In this document: in pieces, positions 1 through 7,483 of the stretch
Layout of the letters: the number at the start of each line of letters is the position of its first letter
How positions within the stretch are numbered: the first letter of the stretch is position 1
Assembly: GCA_046760225.1 (NCBI GenBank)
Contig: JBHIDR010000020.1
Span: 1-14,168 of the forward strand
Source of the DNA: Candidatus Aenigmatarchaeota archaeon
GTDB lineage: Archaea > Aenigmatarchaeota > Aenigmatarchaeia > Aenigmatarchaeales > JACQIB01
Length of the DNA stretch: 14,168 nt
Direction: 5' to 3'
The notes under the pieces: model-generated
Database searches by the model: none
Told to the model about the DNA's origin: nothing
What the model saw: the letters and a program-made list of their open reading frames with translations, nothing else
Made by a program: the position numbers and the translations under genes

Positions 1-52
1 CGAGAAGAACGTGGGTCTTACAGTCGGAAAGACTGAAGCAAAGGGTGAGTAG
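1..52 (+). CDS. 3' end of an upstream CDS, probably 30S ribosomal protein S5 (uS5)
   Basis: Frame 2 reads EKNVGLTVGKTEAKGE* with TAG at 50-52. Identity is inferred only from the conserved archaeal order rps5-rpl30-rpl15-secY. Confidence 0.55.
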   Translation, partial: EKNVGLTVGKTEAKGE

Positions 53-53
53 G

Positions 54-470
54 GTGTATGCAGCTATAAGAATCAAGGGAAGGGTGCACAGAAGAAAGGA
101 GATAGAAGACACCCTTGCAATGCTCAGGCTGCACAGGAAGATGCATTGTGTTGTATTGAAGGAGGAGCCGAGTGTTAAGGGAATGCTGCAAAAAGTGAAA
201 GACATGATAACATGGGGAGAGATTGATGATGAAACACTCAGCAGGATGATTATAAAAAGAGGAAGAAAAGGGCAGAAGAGACTCAGCAAAGAAGAGTCTG
301 AAAAAGCACTTGCTGACATAAAGGAGGGAAAGAAGCCGGAGATAAAGCCTATTTTCAGGCTTACCCCGCCTAGTAAGGGCTTCAGGAAGAGCATAAAGCA
401 ACATTACCCAAACGGAGAGCTTGGTTACAGGGGAGAAAAGATAAATGATTTATTGAAGAGGATGATCTGA
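54..470 (+). CDS. rpl30: 50S ribosomal protein L30 (uL30, archaeal long form)
   Basis: YAAIRIKG...DTLAMLRL...GMLQKVKDMITWGEID...FRLTPPSKGF...GELGYRGEKINDLLKRMI. GTG at 54 follows the SD GGTGA (44-48); GTG at 45 is an alternative start. Confidence 0.96.
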   Translation: MYAAIRIKGRVHRRKEIEDTLAMLRLHRKMHCVVLKEEPSVKGMLQKVKDMITWGEIDDETLSRMIIKRGRKGQKRLSKEESEKALADIKEGKKPEIKPIFRLTPPSKGFRKSIKQHYPNGELGYRGEKINDLLKRMI

Positions 471-745
471 TGAGGACAATTTTTCATAAGGGTATGACAA
501 GTGCCGGGCGCTTAAGAAAAACAAGAAAAGGCATGAAGATAGTTGTGCAAGGAACAAGGGGCGGCATGGATTTCATTGATGATGGTGTGCTAGACAGCAT
601 CTATCAGGCTGATGGAACAGAATACATGGACTATACAGCAATTGTTGGTGGAGAAAAATATAAGCGAAGAATAGATTTGAAAAATTACAAAGGAGAGCTT
701 GCCATATACAGTCCATCACCTCCTGTGGGCGTGTTGCGACGCTAG
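470..745 (+). CDS. hypothetical protein (91 aa) inserted in the ribosomal operon
   Basis: ATG overlaps the rpl30 stop (TGATG). The ORF fills the gap to the next gene. No family recognised. Confidence 0.7.
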   Translation: MRTIFHKGMTSAGRLRKTRKGMKIVVQGTRGGMDFIDDGVLDSIYQADGTEYMDYTAIVGGEKYKRRIDLKNYKGELAIYSPSPPVGVLRR

Positions 746-754
746 GTGAAAAAA

Positions 755-1231
755 ATGAAAAAAGCTGTAATCGTTATTGATGCGATAAAGGGAATGGAGA
801 AATGGGTTCCTGCCAGCAGGATGAAGAAGATACTTCCCAACATAAAGAAGGTTCTGGACAAGGCAAGAGCAAAGAAGATACCTCTTATTTACATTGTGCA
901 CACTCCGCTGGGCAAGAAAGGCACTATCATATACGATACTATCAAGCCGGCCAAAGGAGAGAGGAAGATATTCAAGAAAAAATACAGTAGCTTCTACAAC
1001 ACGAGCCTGGACAAGACGCTCAAAAAAATGAGAGTGAAAAGGCTCGTGCTTACAGGTGTAAGCACGCATTGGTGTGTGCTCGCAACAGCGCTTGATGCCC
1101 ATTACAGGGACTATAAAATAACAATCTTGAAGGACTGCGTTACAGCCCCGACCGAAAAAGACCACAGGCTTGCACTGGACTGGCTGGAAGGCACAATAGA
1201 CATGACTCTGGCAAGCTCCAAAAGATGGTGA
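755..1231 (+). CDS. isochorismatase/nicotinamidase-family cysteine hydrolase
   Basis: Catalytic-triad motifs AVIVID (Asp), FKKKYSSF (Lys) and LTGVSTHWCVLATALDA (Cys). SD GGTGA precedes ATG 755. Confidence 0.9.
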   Translation: MKKAVIVIDAIKGMEKWVPASRMKKILPNIKKVLDKARAKKIPLIYIVHTPLGKKGTIIYDTIKPAKGERKIFKKKYSSFYNTSLDKTLKKMRVKRLVLTGVSTHWCVLATALDAHYRDYKITILKDCVTAPTEKDHRLALDWLEGTIDMTLASSKRW

Positions 1232-1236
1232 AAAAT

Positions 1237-1653
1237 ATGGTGCAAAGGTTCAGGAAAAAAATAACAAGGCAGAGAGGAAGAAGATGGCATGGCTGGGGCA
1301 GCAAGAAGAAGCACCGTGGCGGTGGAAGCAGAGGCGGCAGGGGCAAGGCAGGCATGTTCAAGCACAAGAAGTCATGGGCACTGAAACACGGTTATGTCTT
1401 TGGGAAGAGGGGATTCAAGTTGCCTGAGGTTGTCAAGAGAGCAGTAAAATCAATAAACGTGCAAGACCTGGACGAGCTTTGCAGGAAGAGAGGGATAAAG
1501 GAGGTAGATGTGGGGAAGCTGGGATATGGAAAGGTTCTTGGTTCAGGAAAGATAACGCAAGCGATTACTGTCAGGGCAATGATTGTAACACCAAAGGCAA
1601 AGGAGAAAATAGAAGCAGCCGGAGGAAAAATAATTTTACCGGAGAGCGAATGA
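1237..1653 (+). CDS. rpl15: 50S ribosomal protein L15 (uL15)
   Basis: RGRRWHGWGSKKKHRGGGSRGGRGKAG...GYGKVLGSG...AKEKIEAAGG. SD GGTGA at 1227-1231; alternative start at 1225. Confidence 0.97.
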   Translation: MVQRFRKKITRQRGRRWHGWGSKKKHRGGGSRGGRGKAGMFKHKKSWALKHGYVFGKRGFKLPEVVKRAVKSINVQDLDELCRKRGIKEVDVGKLGYGKVLGSGKITQAITVRAMIVTPKAKEKIEAAGGKIILPESE

Positions 1654-1654
1654 C

Positions 1655-3166
1655 ATGGACATAAGCGATATTGCAGCAAGACTGCCGAGCATAGTGAAGT
1701 CAGAGCAAAAGCTGACCTTTAGAGACAAGTTAAAATGGACAGGAATCATACTCGTGCTCTTCTTTGTTCTGGGCTCTGTTACTGTTTGGGGGATTGATGC
1801 TGGTGCAGTTGCACAGTTCGAGTTCCTGGAGATAGTGTTCGGCTCCAAGTTCGGGTCACTAATTACCCTGGGAATAGGGCCAATAGTGACAGCATCCATT
1901 ATACTGCAGCTTCTTGTGGGAAGCAAGATACTGGACTGGGACACCAAGACAGAGGAAGGCAAAAAGAAATTCATGGGCACACAGAAGGTGCTCGCTGTTC
2001 TTTTCTGCGTGTTCGAGGCTGCTGCATATGTTTTTGCAGGTGCAGTGCCTCCTGCTGGCGGGGGCCTGGGCCTTGCCCTGATTGTCGTGGCACAGCTCAC
2101 CCTGGGCGGCATAATAATCATTCTCATGGACGACATGTGCCAGAAATGGGGAATCGGTTCAGGAGTGTCGCTGTTCATTGCAGCAGGGGTCTCAAAGACA
2201 ATATTCGTGAGGACATTCTCACCTCCCTTGGGAGAAGCAGGAGGGGGAATAATATCCTCGTTCCTTGCTTCGCTGACAGCAGGGCAACCGACAATGGCGA
2301 TAATATCACTTCTTCCACTTATAGCAACCCTCACGGTCTTCGTGATTGTGGTCTATATGCAGGGAATAAGAGTGGAGATTCCAATGGCATTCTCCCTTCC
2401 ATTCGGCAAGTTTGCAGCAAGAAGATGGCCGCTCAAGTTCTTCTACACCTCAAACATACCGGTGATTCTGACAGCTGCTGTTATTGCGAATGTCCAGGTC
2501 GTAGGAAAGATAATGTCACAGAAGGGGATAGGTATATTCGGGCAGTATGACGCCAACGGGCGGGTTGTCGGAGGGCTGGCATACTACCTCACTGCTCCGC
2601 AGTCTATAGGGCTCATGATAATGGTGGTGCTTGCAGGCCTTATTGCATTGGGATTCGCGCTGTTGGCAGTAAGTATATGGAAGAAATTCGCGCTCAGGAT
2701 GTCGATTCTTGGTGTAGCTGTGGGACTGCTGATAGGCCTTTTCATTGTTACGAACGTGGCTGAGATACCAGCTGTTGCACCAGGTGATTATGTAAGGGGG
2801 CTGACATACATGCTTGCAATGATAATAGGGTCCATAATATTCTCGATATTCTGGATGAGCACTGCCGGCATGGATGCAAAGAGCGTTGCTGAGCAGTTCA
2901 AGTCATCATTCTTAATGATTCCTGGTTTCAGAAGAGACCCCAGGATAATAGAGCATGTGCTGAACAGGTACATACCCTCTCTTGCCGTGCTGGGCGGGGC
3001 ATTTGTTGGTTTCCTTGCAGGGTTTGCTGACCTGACAAATGCTCTTGGAACAGGAACAGGAATACTGCTGGCTGTTATGATAGTCTATCAGTTTTACGAA
3101 ACAATTGCACAGCAGCACATGGAGGAAATGCACCCTGCTGTAAGAAAATTCATGGGAGGAAGTTAA
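1655..3166 (+). CDS. secY: preprotein translocase subunit SecY (Sec61alpha), with an extra hydrophobic insert
   Basis: KLKWTGIIL, GSLITLGIGPIVTASIILQLL, KWGIGSGVSLFIAAGV, PLKFFYTSNIPVIL, IPGFRRDPR, GTGTGILLAVMIVYQFYE. Confidence 0.98.
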   Translation: MDISDIAARLPSIVKSEQKLTFRDKLKWTGIILVLFFVLGSVTVWGIDAGAVAQFEFLEIVFGSKFGSLITLGIGPIVTASIILQLLVGSKILDWDTKTEEGKKKFMGTQKVLAVLFCVFEAAAYVFAGAVPPAGGGLGLALIVVAQLTLGGIIIILMDDMCQKWGIGSGVSLFIAAGVSKTIFVRTFSPPLGEAGGGIISSFLASLTAGQPTMAIISLLPLIATLTVFVIVVYMQGIRVEIPMAFSLPFGKFAARRWPLKFFYTSNIPVILTAAVIANVQVVGKIMSQKGIGIFGQYDANGRVVGGLAYYLTAPQSIGLMIMVVLAGLIALGFALLAVSIWKKFALRMSILGVAVGLLIGLFIVTNVAEIPAVAPGDYVRGLTYMLAMIIGSIIFSIFWMSTAGMDAKSVAEQFKSSFLMIPGFRRDPRIIEHVLNRYIPSLAVLGGAFVGFLAGFADLTNALGTGTGILLAVMIVYQFYETIAQQHMEEMHPAVRKFMGGS

Positions 3167-3168
3167 GT

Positions 3169-3849
3169 ATGAGGATAATAATGCTCGGGCCACCTGGTTC
3201 AGGAAAAGGCACATATTCGAAAAGAATGAGCCCAGAGCTGGGAATACCACATATATCAACAGGTGATATTTTCAGGGAGCACCTGAAGAAGGAGACGGAA
3301 ATAGGCAAGAAAATAAAAGAGGTTATGAGGTCAGGAGGTCTGGTTCCCGATGATATTGTCATGGAGATTGTGAAGGACAGGCTTTCAAAGGAGGATGCGC
3401 AGAAAGGGTTCATATTCGATGGATTTCCAAGAACACTCTTCCAGGCAAAGGAACTTGAGAAGACGGTGAAAGTGGATGTTGTGGTGAACCTCTATCTTCC
3501 GGACGATGTTCTGATAGAGAAGCTGAGTGCGAGGAGAATATGCAAGGAGTGCGGTGATATCTATAACATAGCTGACATAAACCGCGAAGGGATAAGGATG
3601 CCTGCAATGAACCCGAAGGTCCAAGGAAAATGTGACAAGTGTGGCGGTGAGCTGATTCAGAGAAAGGATGATACAGAAGAAGTGATAAGGGAAAGGCTCG
3701 AAGTATACAAAAAACAGACAGAACCGCTGATAAAGTTCTACAGGGATAAGGAGCTTATCCTTGATATAAAGGTCACAGACCCGCCAGGGATAATGGTACC
3801 GAGAATATTGGGAGAAATCAAGAAATTTAGAGGTGAGAAATATGGTTGA
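3169..3849 (+). CDS. adk: adenylate kinase (bacterial-type, Zn-binding LID)
   Basis: GPPGSGKGT P-loop, HISTGDIFR, GFIFDGFPRT, LID CKEC...CDKC, QRKDD. Confidence 0.96.
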   Translation: MRIIMLGPPGSGKGTYSKRMSPELGIPHISTGDIFREHLKKETEIGKKIKEVMRSGGLVPDDIVMEIVKDRLSKEDAQKGFIFDGFPRTLFQAKELEKTVKVDVVVNLYLPDDVLIEKLSARRICKECGDIYNIADINREGIRMPAMNPKVQGKCDKCGGELIQRKDDTEEVIRERLEVYKKQTEPLIKFYRDKELILDIKVTDPPGIMVPRILGEIKKFRGEKYG

Positions 3850-4324
3850 CTTTTATTTTGGAATATTGAACGCGCTGTTCGCGCCAGTACTGGTGTTGCC
3901 TCCGATACTAGCAGAGATGGTAATAGCTGCAGTAATAGCCTTCATAATAACAATCTTTTACAAGAAGATGGTCAATCAAAGTGAACTCAAGGAGCTGAAA
4001 GAGGAGCAGAGGAAGCTTCAGGAAAAGGTAAAGGAGCTCCAGAAAACAAACCCGGACGAGGCGAACAGGCTCACAAAGGAGATGCTCAAGCTCACGAACA
4101 AACAGATGAAGATGAACTTCAAGCCAATGCTGCCCACGCTGCTACTTGTAATAATACTGTTCCCATGGATAGCATCGGTCTTTATGAGCAGTGAGCATCT
4201 TCTGAGGGCCATGCTTCCCTTCACCCTTCCGTTCTTTGGTAATGACTTTGGATGGCTGATGTGGTACATAGTGGTTTCAATACCGTTTTCACAGATATTC
4301 AGGAAACTGCTGGGTGTTCAATAA
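3842..4324 (+). CDS. DUF106 / EMC3-TMCO1 (Oxa1 superfamily) membrane protein
   Basis: TM helix, coiled coil, MKMNFKPM, then TM helices with FGWLMWYIVVS...RKLLG. Conserved position between adk and rpl34e. SD AGGTGA precedes ATG 3842. Confidence 0.9.
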   Translation: MVDFYFGILNALFAPVLVLPPILAEMVIAAVIAFIITIFYKKMVNQSELKELKEEQRKLQEKVKELQKTNPDEANRLTKEMLKLTNKQMKMNFKPMLPTLLLVIILFPWIASVFMSSEHLLRAMLPFTLPFFGNDFGWLMWYIVVSIPFSQIFRKLLGVQ

Positions 4325-4581
4325 TGAGAAGAGCTCAAAGAACAAGAACAATGAAGAAGACAAGGGTCAGGACCCCTGGTGGAGAGACAGTTATCAGGAT
4401 AAAAAAGAGGAGGCCTGGCTACCATGAATGCGGAAGATGCGGTGCAAAGCTGAACAGGAGAAGGATGAGAGCAAAGGAGATAAGGAAACTGCCAAGAACA
4501 CAGAGAAGGCCTGAGAGGCCATTGCCTGAACTTTGTTCCAGATGCATGAGGGAGGCAATGAAAGCAAGGGTGAAAGGATGA
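4324..4581 (+). CDS. rpl34e: 50S ribosomal protein L34e
   Basis: RVRTPGG...CGRCGAKL...RRPERP...LCSRCMR. ATG overlaps the upstream TAA. Confidence 0.95.
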   Translation: MRRAQRTRTMKKTRVRTPGGETVIRIKKRRPGYHECGRCGAKLNRRRMRAKEIRKLPRTQRRPERPLPELCSRCMREAMKARVKG

Positions 4582-4757
4582 TTAAAATCGATGAAAAAGA
4601 GTATGAGCTTGCATGCAAGGCAATGAGGGAGATAGAGCTAGCTAACGACTCATGGGAGAACCTGAACTTTCCGGGTTATTTTTACCATTCAGGCAAGGCA
4701 ATGTACATCACATTGGTGGGGATCGCCTACGACATAAAGAAAGCGGTGAGAGGATGA
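4578..4757 (+). CDS. small hypothetical protein (59 aa) in the usual cmk position
   Basis: ATGA overlaps at both ends (rpl34e stop and rpl14e start) and an SD GGTGA upstream. Reads MIKIDEKEYELACKAMREIEL... Confidence 0.7.
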   Translation: MIKIDEKEYELACKAMREIELANDSWENLNFPGYFYHSGKAMYITLVGIAYDIKKAVRG

Positions 4758-5107
4758 TGGAAAGGGGCAGAGTGTGCATGAAGATTGCTGGCAGGGAAGC
4801 TGGCATGTACTGCGTAATAGTTGAAGAGCCTAAGGAAGGCTTTGTCATGATTACTGGACCGAAGAGCGTAACAAGGGTGAAGAGGAGGAAGTGCAACATC
4901 ATGCACATAGAAGTGACAGAGCACGTGCTGGACATAGGAAAGGGCGATGATGACTCTATTGAAAAGGCATGGAAATCATCCAATATGATAGAAAAGCTCA
5001 ATATTTCTTTGCCAAAAAAGAAGAAGGAAAGGAAGGAGAAAAGAGAAAAGCCCAAGAGAAAGCGGAGGAAAAAGGCCAGGCCCAAAAAAGTTGAGGCAAG
5101 AAAATAA
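4754..5107 (+). CDS. rpl14e: 50S ribosomal protein L14e with Lys/Arg-rich C-terminal tail
   Basis: GRVCMKIAGREAGMYCVIV...VMITGPKSVTRVKRRKCNIMHIE. SD GGTGA precedes ATG 4754/4757. Confidence 0.95.
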   Translation: MMERGRVCMKIAGREAGMYCVIVEEPKEGFVMITGPKSVTRVKRRKCNIMHIEVTEHVLDIGKGDDDSIEKAWKSSNMIEKLNISLPKKKKERKEKREKPKRKRRKKARPKKVEARK

Positions 5108-5133
5108 ATAGAATAACGCCCATTATTTCTCTA

Positions 5134-5421
5134 ATGACAAAGGCCAAACAACCTTCTCTGCGTGCTACACTATTCGGTATCTCAGATGAAAACACCACCC
5201 TTATGAAATATATCAGACTGGCTCAGCCGCTCAGTGAACCTGAGCATCTGAAGTTAATGTTGGGGGCAGCATCCAAATTCGATGGTTCTTTATCTGCTTT
5301 GAAAGGATGTGAACAGCGACTTGAAACAGAAGATAAAAAGGAAAAGATAGTTAGAGATTATAAGGCCTATATGCTGCATCCAGATATGGTTGGAGTATCA
5401 ATTAGGCACAATAAATGCTGA
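5134..5421 (+). CDS. hypothetical protein (possibly the N-terminal half of a frameshifted gene)
   Basis: 95-aa ORF that overlaps the next ORF in the +1 frame. No family recognised. Confidence 0.5.
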   Translation: MTKAKQPSLRATLFGISDENTTLMKYIRLAQPLSEPEHLKLMLGAASKFDGSLSALKGCEQRLETEDKKEKIVRDYKAYMLHPDMVGVSIRHNKC

Positions 5422-5815
5422 TTTACCAGAAAGGAAGGAATCTTCGCAAACAGTTTATCTTAACAGTTTCAACGCCTGGACAGACAATACAGAAAAAGTA
5501 ATAGACGAGCTTGCAATGAGATATTCTGCTAAAGGAGGGAACGTTTATCCCAGGCGCAATCTTACTTATGATGAAATCAGGGCATGTGCATTAGCATCTG
5601 GAATGAGTGAAGAGGAATTTTCTGGAGGCATGGATGTTGCCCCTGATACTGAATATATAGTAATGGGCGGTCTTGTAGAAAGGATAGTTGATGGTAAAAA
5701 GGTTATGGTCCAATCATATGATATCACTCCAGATGTTGCCAAATCATTGGACTGTCTTATGTGGCTATTAAAGATGGAGCCAAAACCTAAAGAAGTTTTA
5801 CCAAGACATTATTGA
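5390..5815 (+). CDS. hypothetical protein (possibly the C-terminal half of a frameshifted gene)
   Basis: 141-aa ORF with a TTG start and no obvious SD. Its frame is open from 5351. Confidence 0.5.
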   Translation: MEYQLGTINADLPERKESSQTVYLNSFNAWTDNTEKVIDELAMRYSAKGGNVYPRRNLTYDEIRACALASGMSEEEFSGGMDVAPDTEYIVMGGLVERIVDGKKVMVQSYDITPDVAKSLDCLMWLLKMEPKPKEVLPRHY

Positions 5816-5850
5816 CAAATGTTTCAATTTCTTTCATATAATTCTATGCA

Positions 5851-5977
5851 GCCTCCTTCGCTTTTTCCGCAGCTACCGCTCAGTTCCTTCTTAAGCCTCG
5901 CTGCCCTTCGGGCCGCTTCGCTAGCTCGGCTAAGAGGAACCTTCGCTAAAACGCTGCTCAAAAAAAGCTTCGGAGGT
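5851..5977 (+). repeat. long imperfect GC-rich inverted repeat / structured element with TTCG-type bulges
   Basis: Nested pairs: GCCTCC 5851-5856/GGAGGT 5972-5977, GCTTTTT 5860-5866/AAAAAGC 5962-5968, GCAGC 5869-5873/GCTGC 5953-5957, GTTCCT 5883-5888/AGGAAC 5935-5940, CTTA/TAAG, GCC/GGC, and an apical GCCC-TTCG-GGC. Confidence 0.8.
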
Positions 5978-5983
5978 GTTTAT

Positions 5984-7483
5984 ATGAAGCTCCCAGAAAA
6001 TTTATATCATACTAAACTCAATAGTAAATTTAGGAGAACCATGAATATAAAAAATAAGGTGTTTTACAGGGAGATAATTCATCCAAATATCTTGCAGGAA
6101 TTTTTGAAGCTAGAGAAGCCAATAATGGTCTTTGAGACAGAAATCAATAATGTCGATAAGAGTGCTTTCGCAACCTTTCTGGCCAAGCAGAGAAAGGAGG
6201 CAAAGATTGAAATAGGTAGCATTGTGCTTTTCAGGGCAAAGAAGAACAAAAAGACTTTTGAGTTCACTTCCAAATTGGGAAATTGGGGGAAATTCCATAT
6301 TCCAAAGGAACTTGTTGAAACATTGAGAATCAAAAACCATGAAAGAATTGTTTTTGAGACTATCGCAAAGAACTCCAAACCGATTCCGAGGGCGCAACCT
6401 ATAGATTTAGCCGATATTACAAGTATGGATAGCAGACTAAAAATTATATTACGCCCAAAAGGGTTTGTAACCATATGGAAAAAAGCGCATACACCTATAA
6501 CCGTGCCTAGATTCCTAGAACCTTCAGAGGATTTATTTGTTTTTGCTTACTTAATGCATGGAGATGGGCATTATAAAAGTAAATTTTTCTTCTCTAATGC
6601 TAGTTATAGATTGCATAGATTCGTTATGGAAAAGTTCGAAGAGATATTTACTCTCCCTAAAAATATGTGGAGGTGCAGGGTTTCCCATCATAAAGAGGAT
6701 CCAGCTGTTAAAATTTACTGGAAGAAGGCACTTGGTTTTAGCGAAGAGCAATTCTACCCAAAAATATCAAGGACACGCTTCGGAATGTTAAAGCGTGGTA
6801 ATGCAAGAACAACAATTGATTATAAACTCGTTGCTACTGTCTTCCGATTTGTCTTTGGCAAACTGAATGACATGATTGATGAAGGCAATGCTTTGCATGC
6901 GCTCGATGGCATACTAAATGCAGAGGGTAGTGCTGGCATATACAAGAATGGCCTTCACAAGTTAACTATATCCTTTAGTCAATCTGAGAAGGATATGTTT
7001 GCAAAAATATTGAGAAAGTGTGGATTTCTAGGGTTATGTAATTGTTTGAATGATAGGTTTGTAATGGGAGACTGGAATAATTTCTATCAGCTCATAAGGA
7101 AATTTCATGAGAACAGGCTTGTGCCCTTTAGTCAAAATCCTGTGAGAAGCGCAAATGTCGTTAATGGTCTCTTAAATCATAGATATACTAAAACTATTAC
7201 AAAATACTTGAAAGCTATAGATGATGATGGACGTACATTTGCCGAAATAGCCAAAGGATTGGGTCATAAAAGGGCGTCTGTTGCCAAGGAACTGAGAAAC
7301 AAGAGATTTGATGATTTTATTAAAATAGAAGGTAGAGGCATAAACAGAAGCCCTTTAAGAGTTTCTATCTCTAAAGAGGGTCTGGGATTTTTAGAAGTTA
7401 TTAAGTGGTTGGAGCAACAACGTCCAATCATAAATAAACTATTAATTGAAGATGAACAACTTGAAAGGAGGTGGATAAGCTGA
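5984..7483 (+). CDS. free-standing LAGLIDADG-like endonuclease with N-terminal AbrB-like and C-terminal winged-HTH domains (499 aa)
   Basis: SD GGAGGTG (5972-5978) precedes ATG 5984. AbrB-like FTSKLGNWGKFHIPKELVETLRIKNHERIVFE; LAGLIDADG-like motifs FAYLMHGDGH and ALDGILNAEGS; HTH-like RTFAEIAKGLGHKRASVAKEL followed by ISKEGLGFL. Confidence 0.72.
   Translation: MKLPENLYHTKLNSKFRRTMNIKNKVFYREIIHPNILQEFLKLEKPIMVFETEINNVDKSAFATFLAKQRKEAKIEIGSIVLFRAKKNKKTFEFTSKLGNWGKFHIPKELVETLRIKNHERIVFETIAKNSKPIPRAQPIDLADITSMDSRLKIILRPKGFVTIWKKAHTPITVPRFLEPSEDLFVFAYLMHGDGHYKSKFFFSNASYRLHRFVMEKFEEIFTLPKNMWRCRVSHHKEDPAVKIYWKKALGFSEEQFYPKISRTRFGMLKRGNARTTIDYKLVATVFRFVFGKLNDMIDEGNALHALDGILNAEGSAGIYKNGLHKLTISFSQSEKDMFAKILRKCGFLGLCNCLNDRFVMGDWNNFYQLIRKFHENRLVPFSQNPVRSANVVNGLLNHRYTKTITKYLKAIDDDGRTFAEIAKGLGHKRASVAKELRNKRFDDFIKIEGRGINRSPLRVSISKEGLGFLEVIKWLEQQRPIINKLLIEDEQLERRWIS

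Noticed and set aside
5365..5410. BHB intron joining the two orphan ORFs (GCCT/AGGC helix)
   Set aside because: The flanking helices do not pair, and the implied 39-nt excision would not change frame.
5819..5983. 55-aa N-terminal extension of the LAGLIDADG ORF
   Set aside because: It is a translation of the hairpin element; a strong SD precedes ATG 5984.
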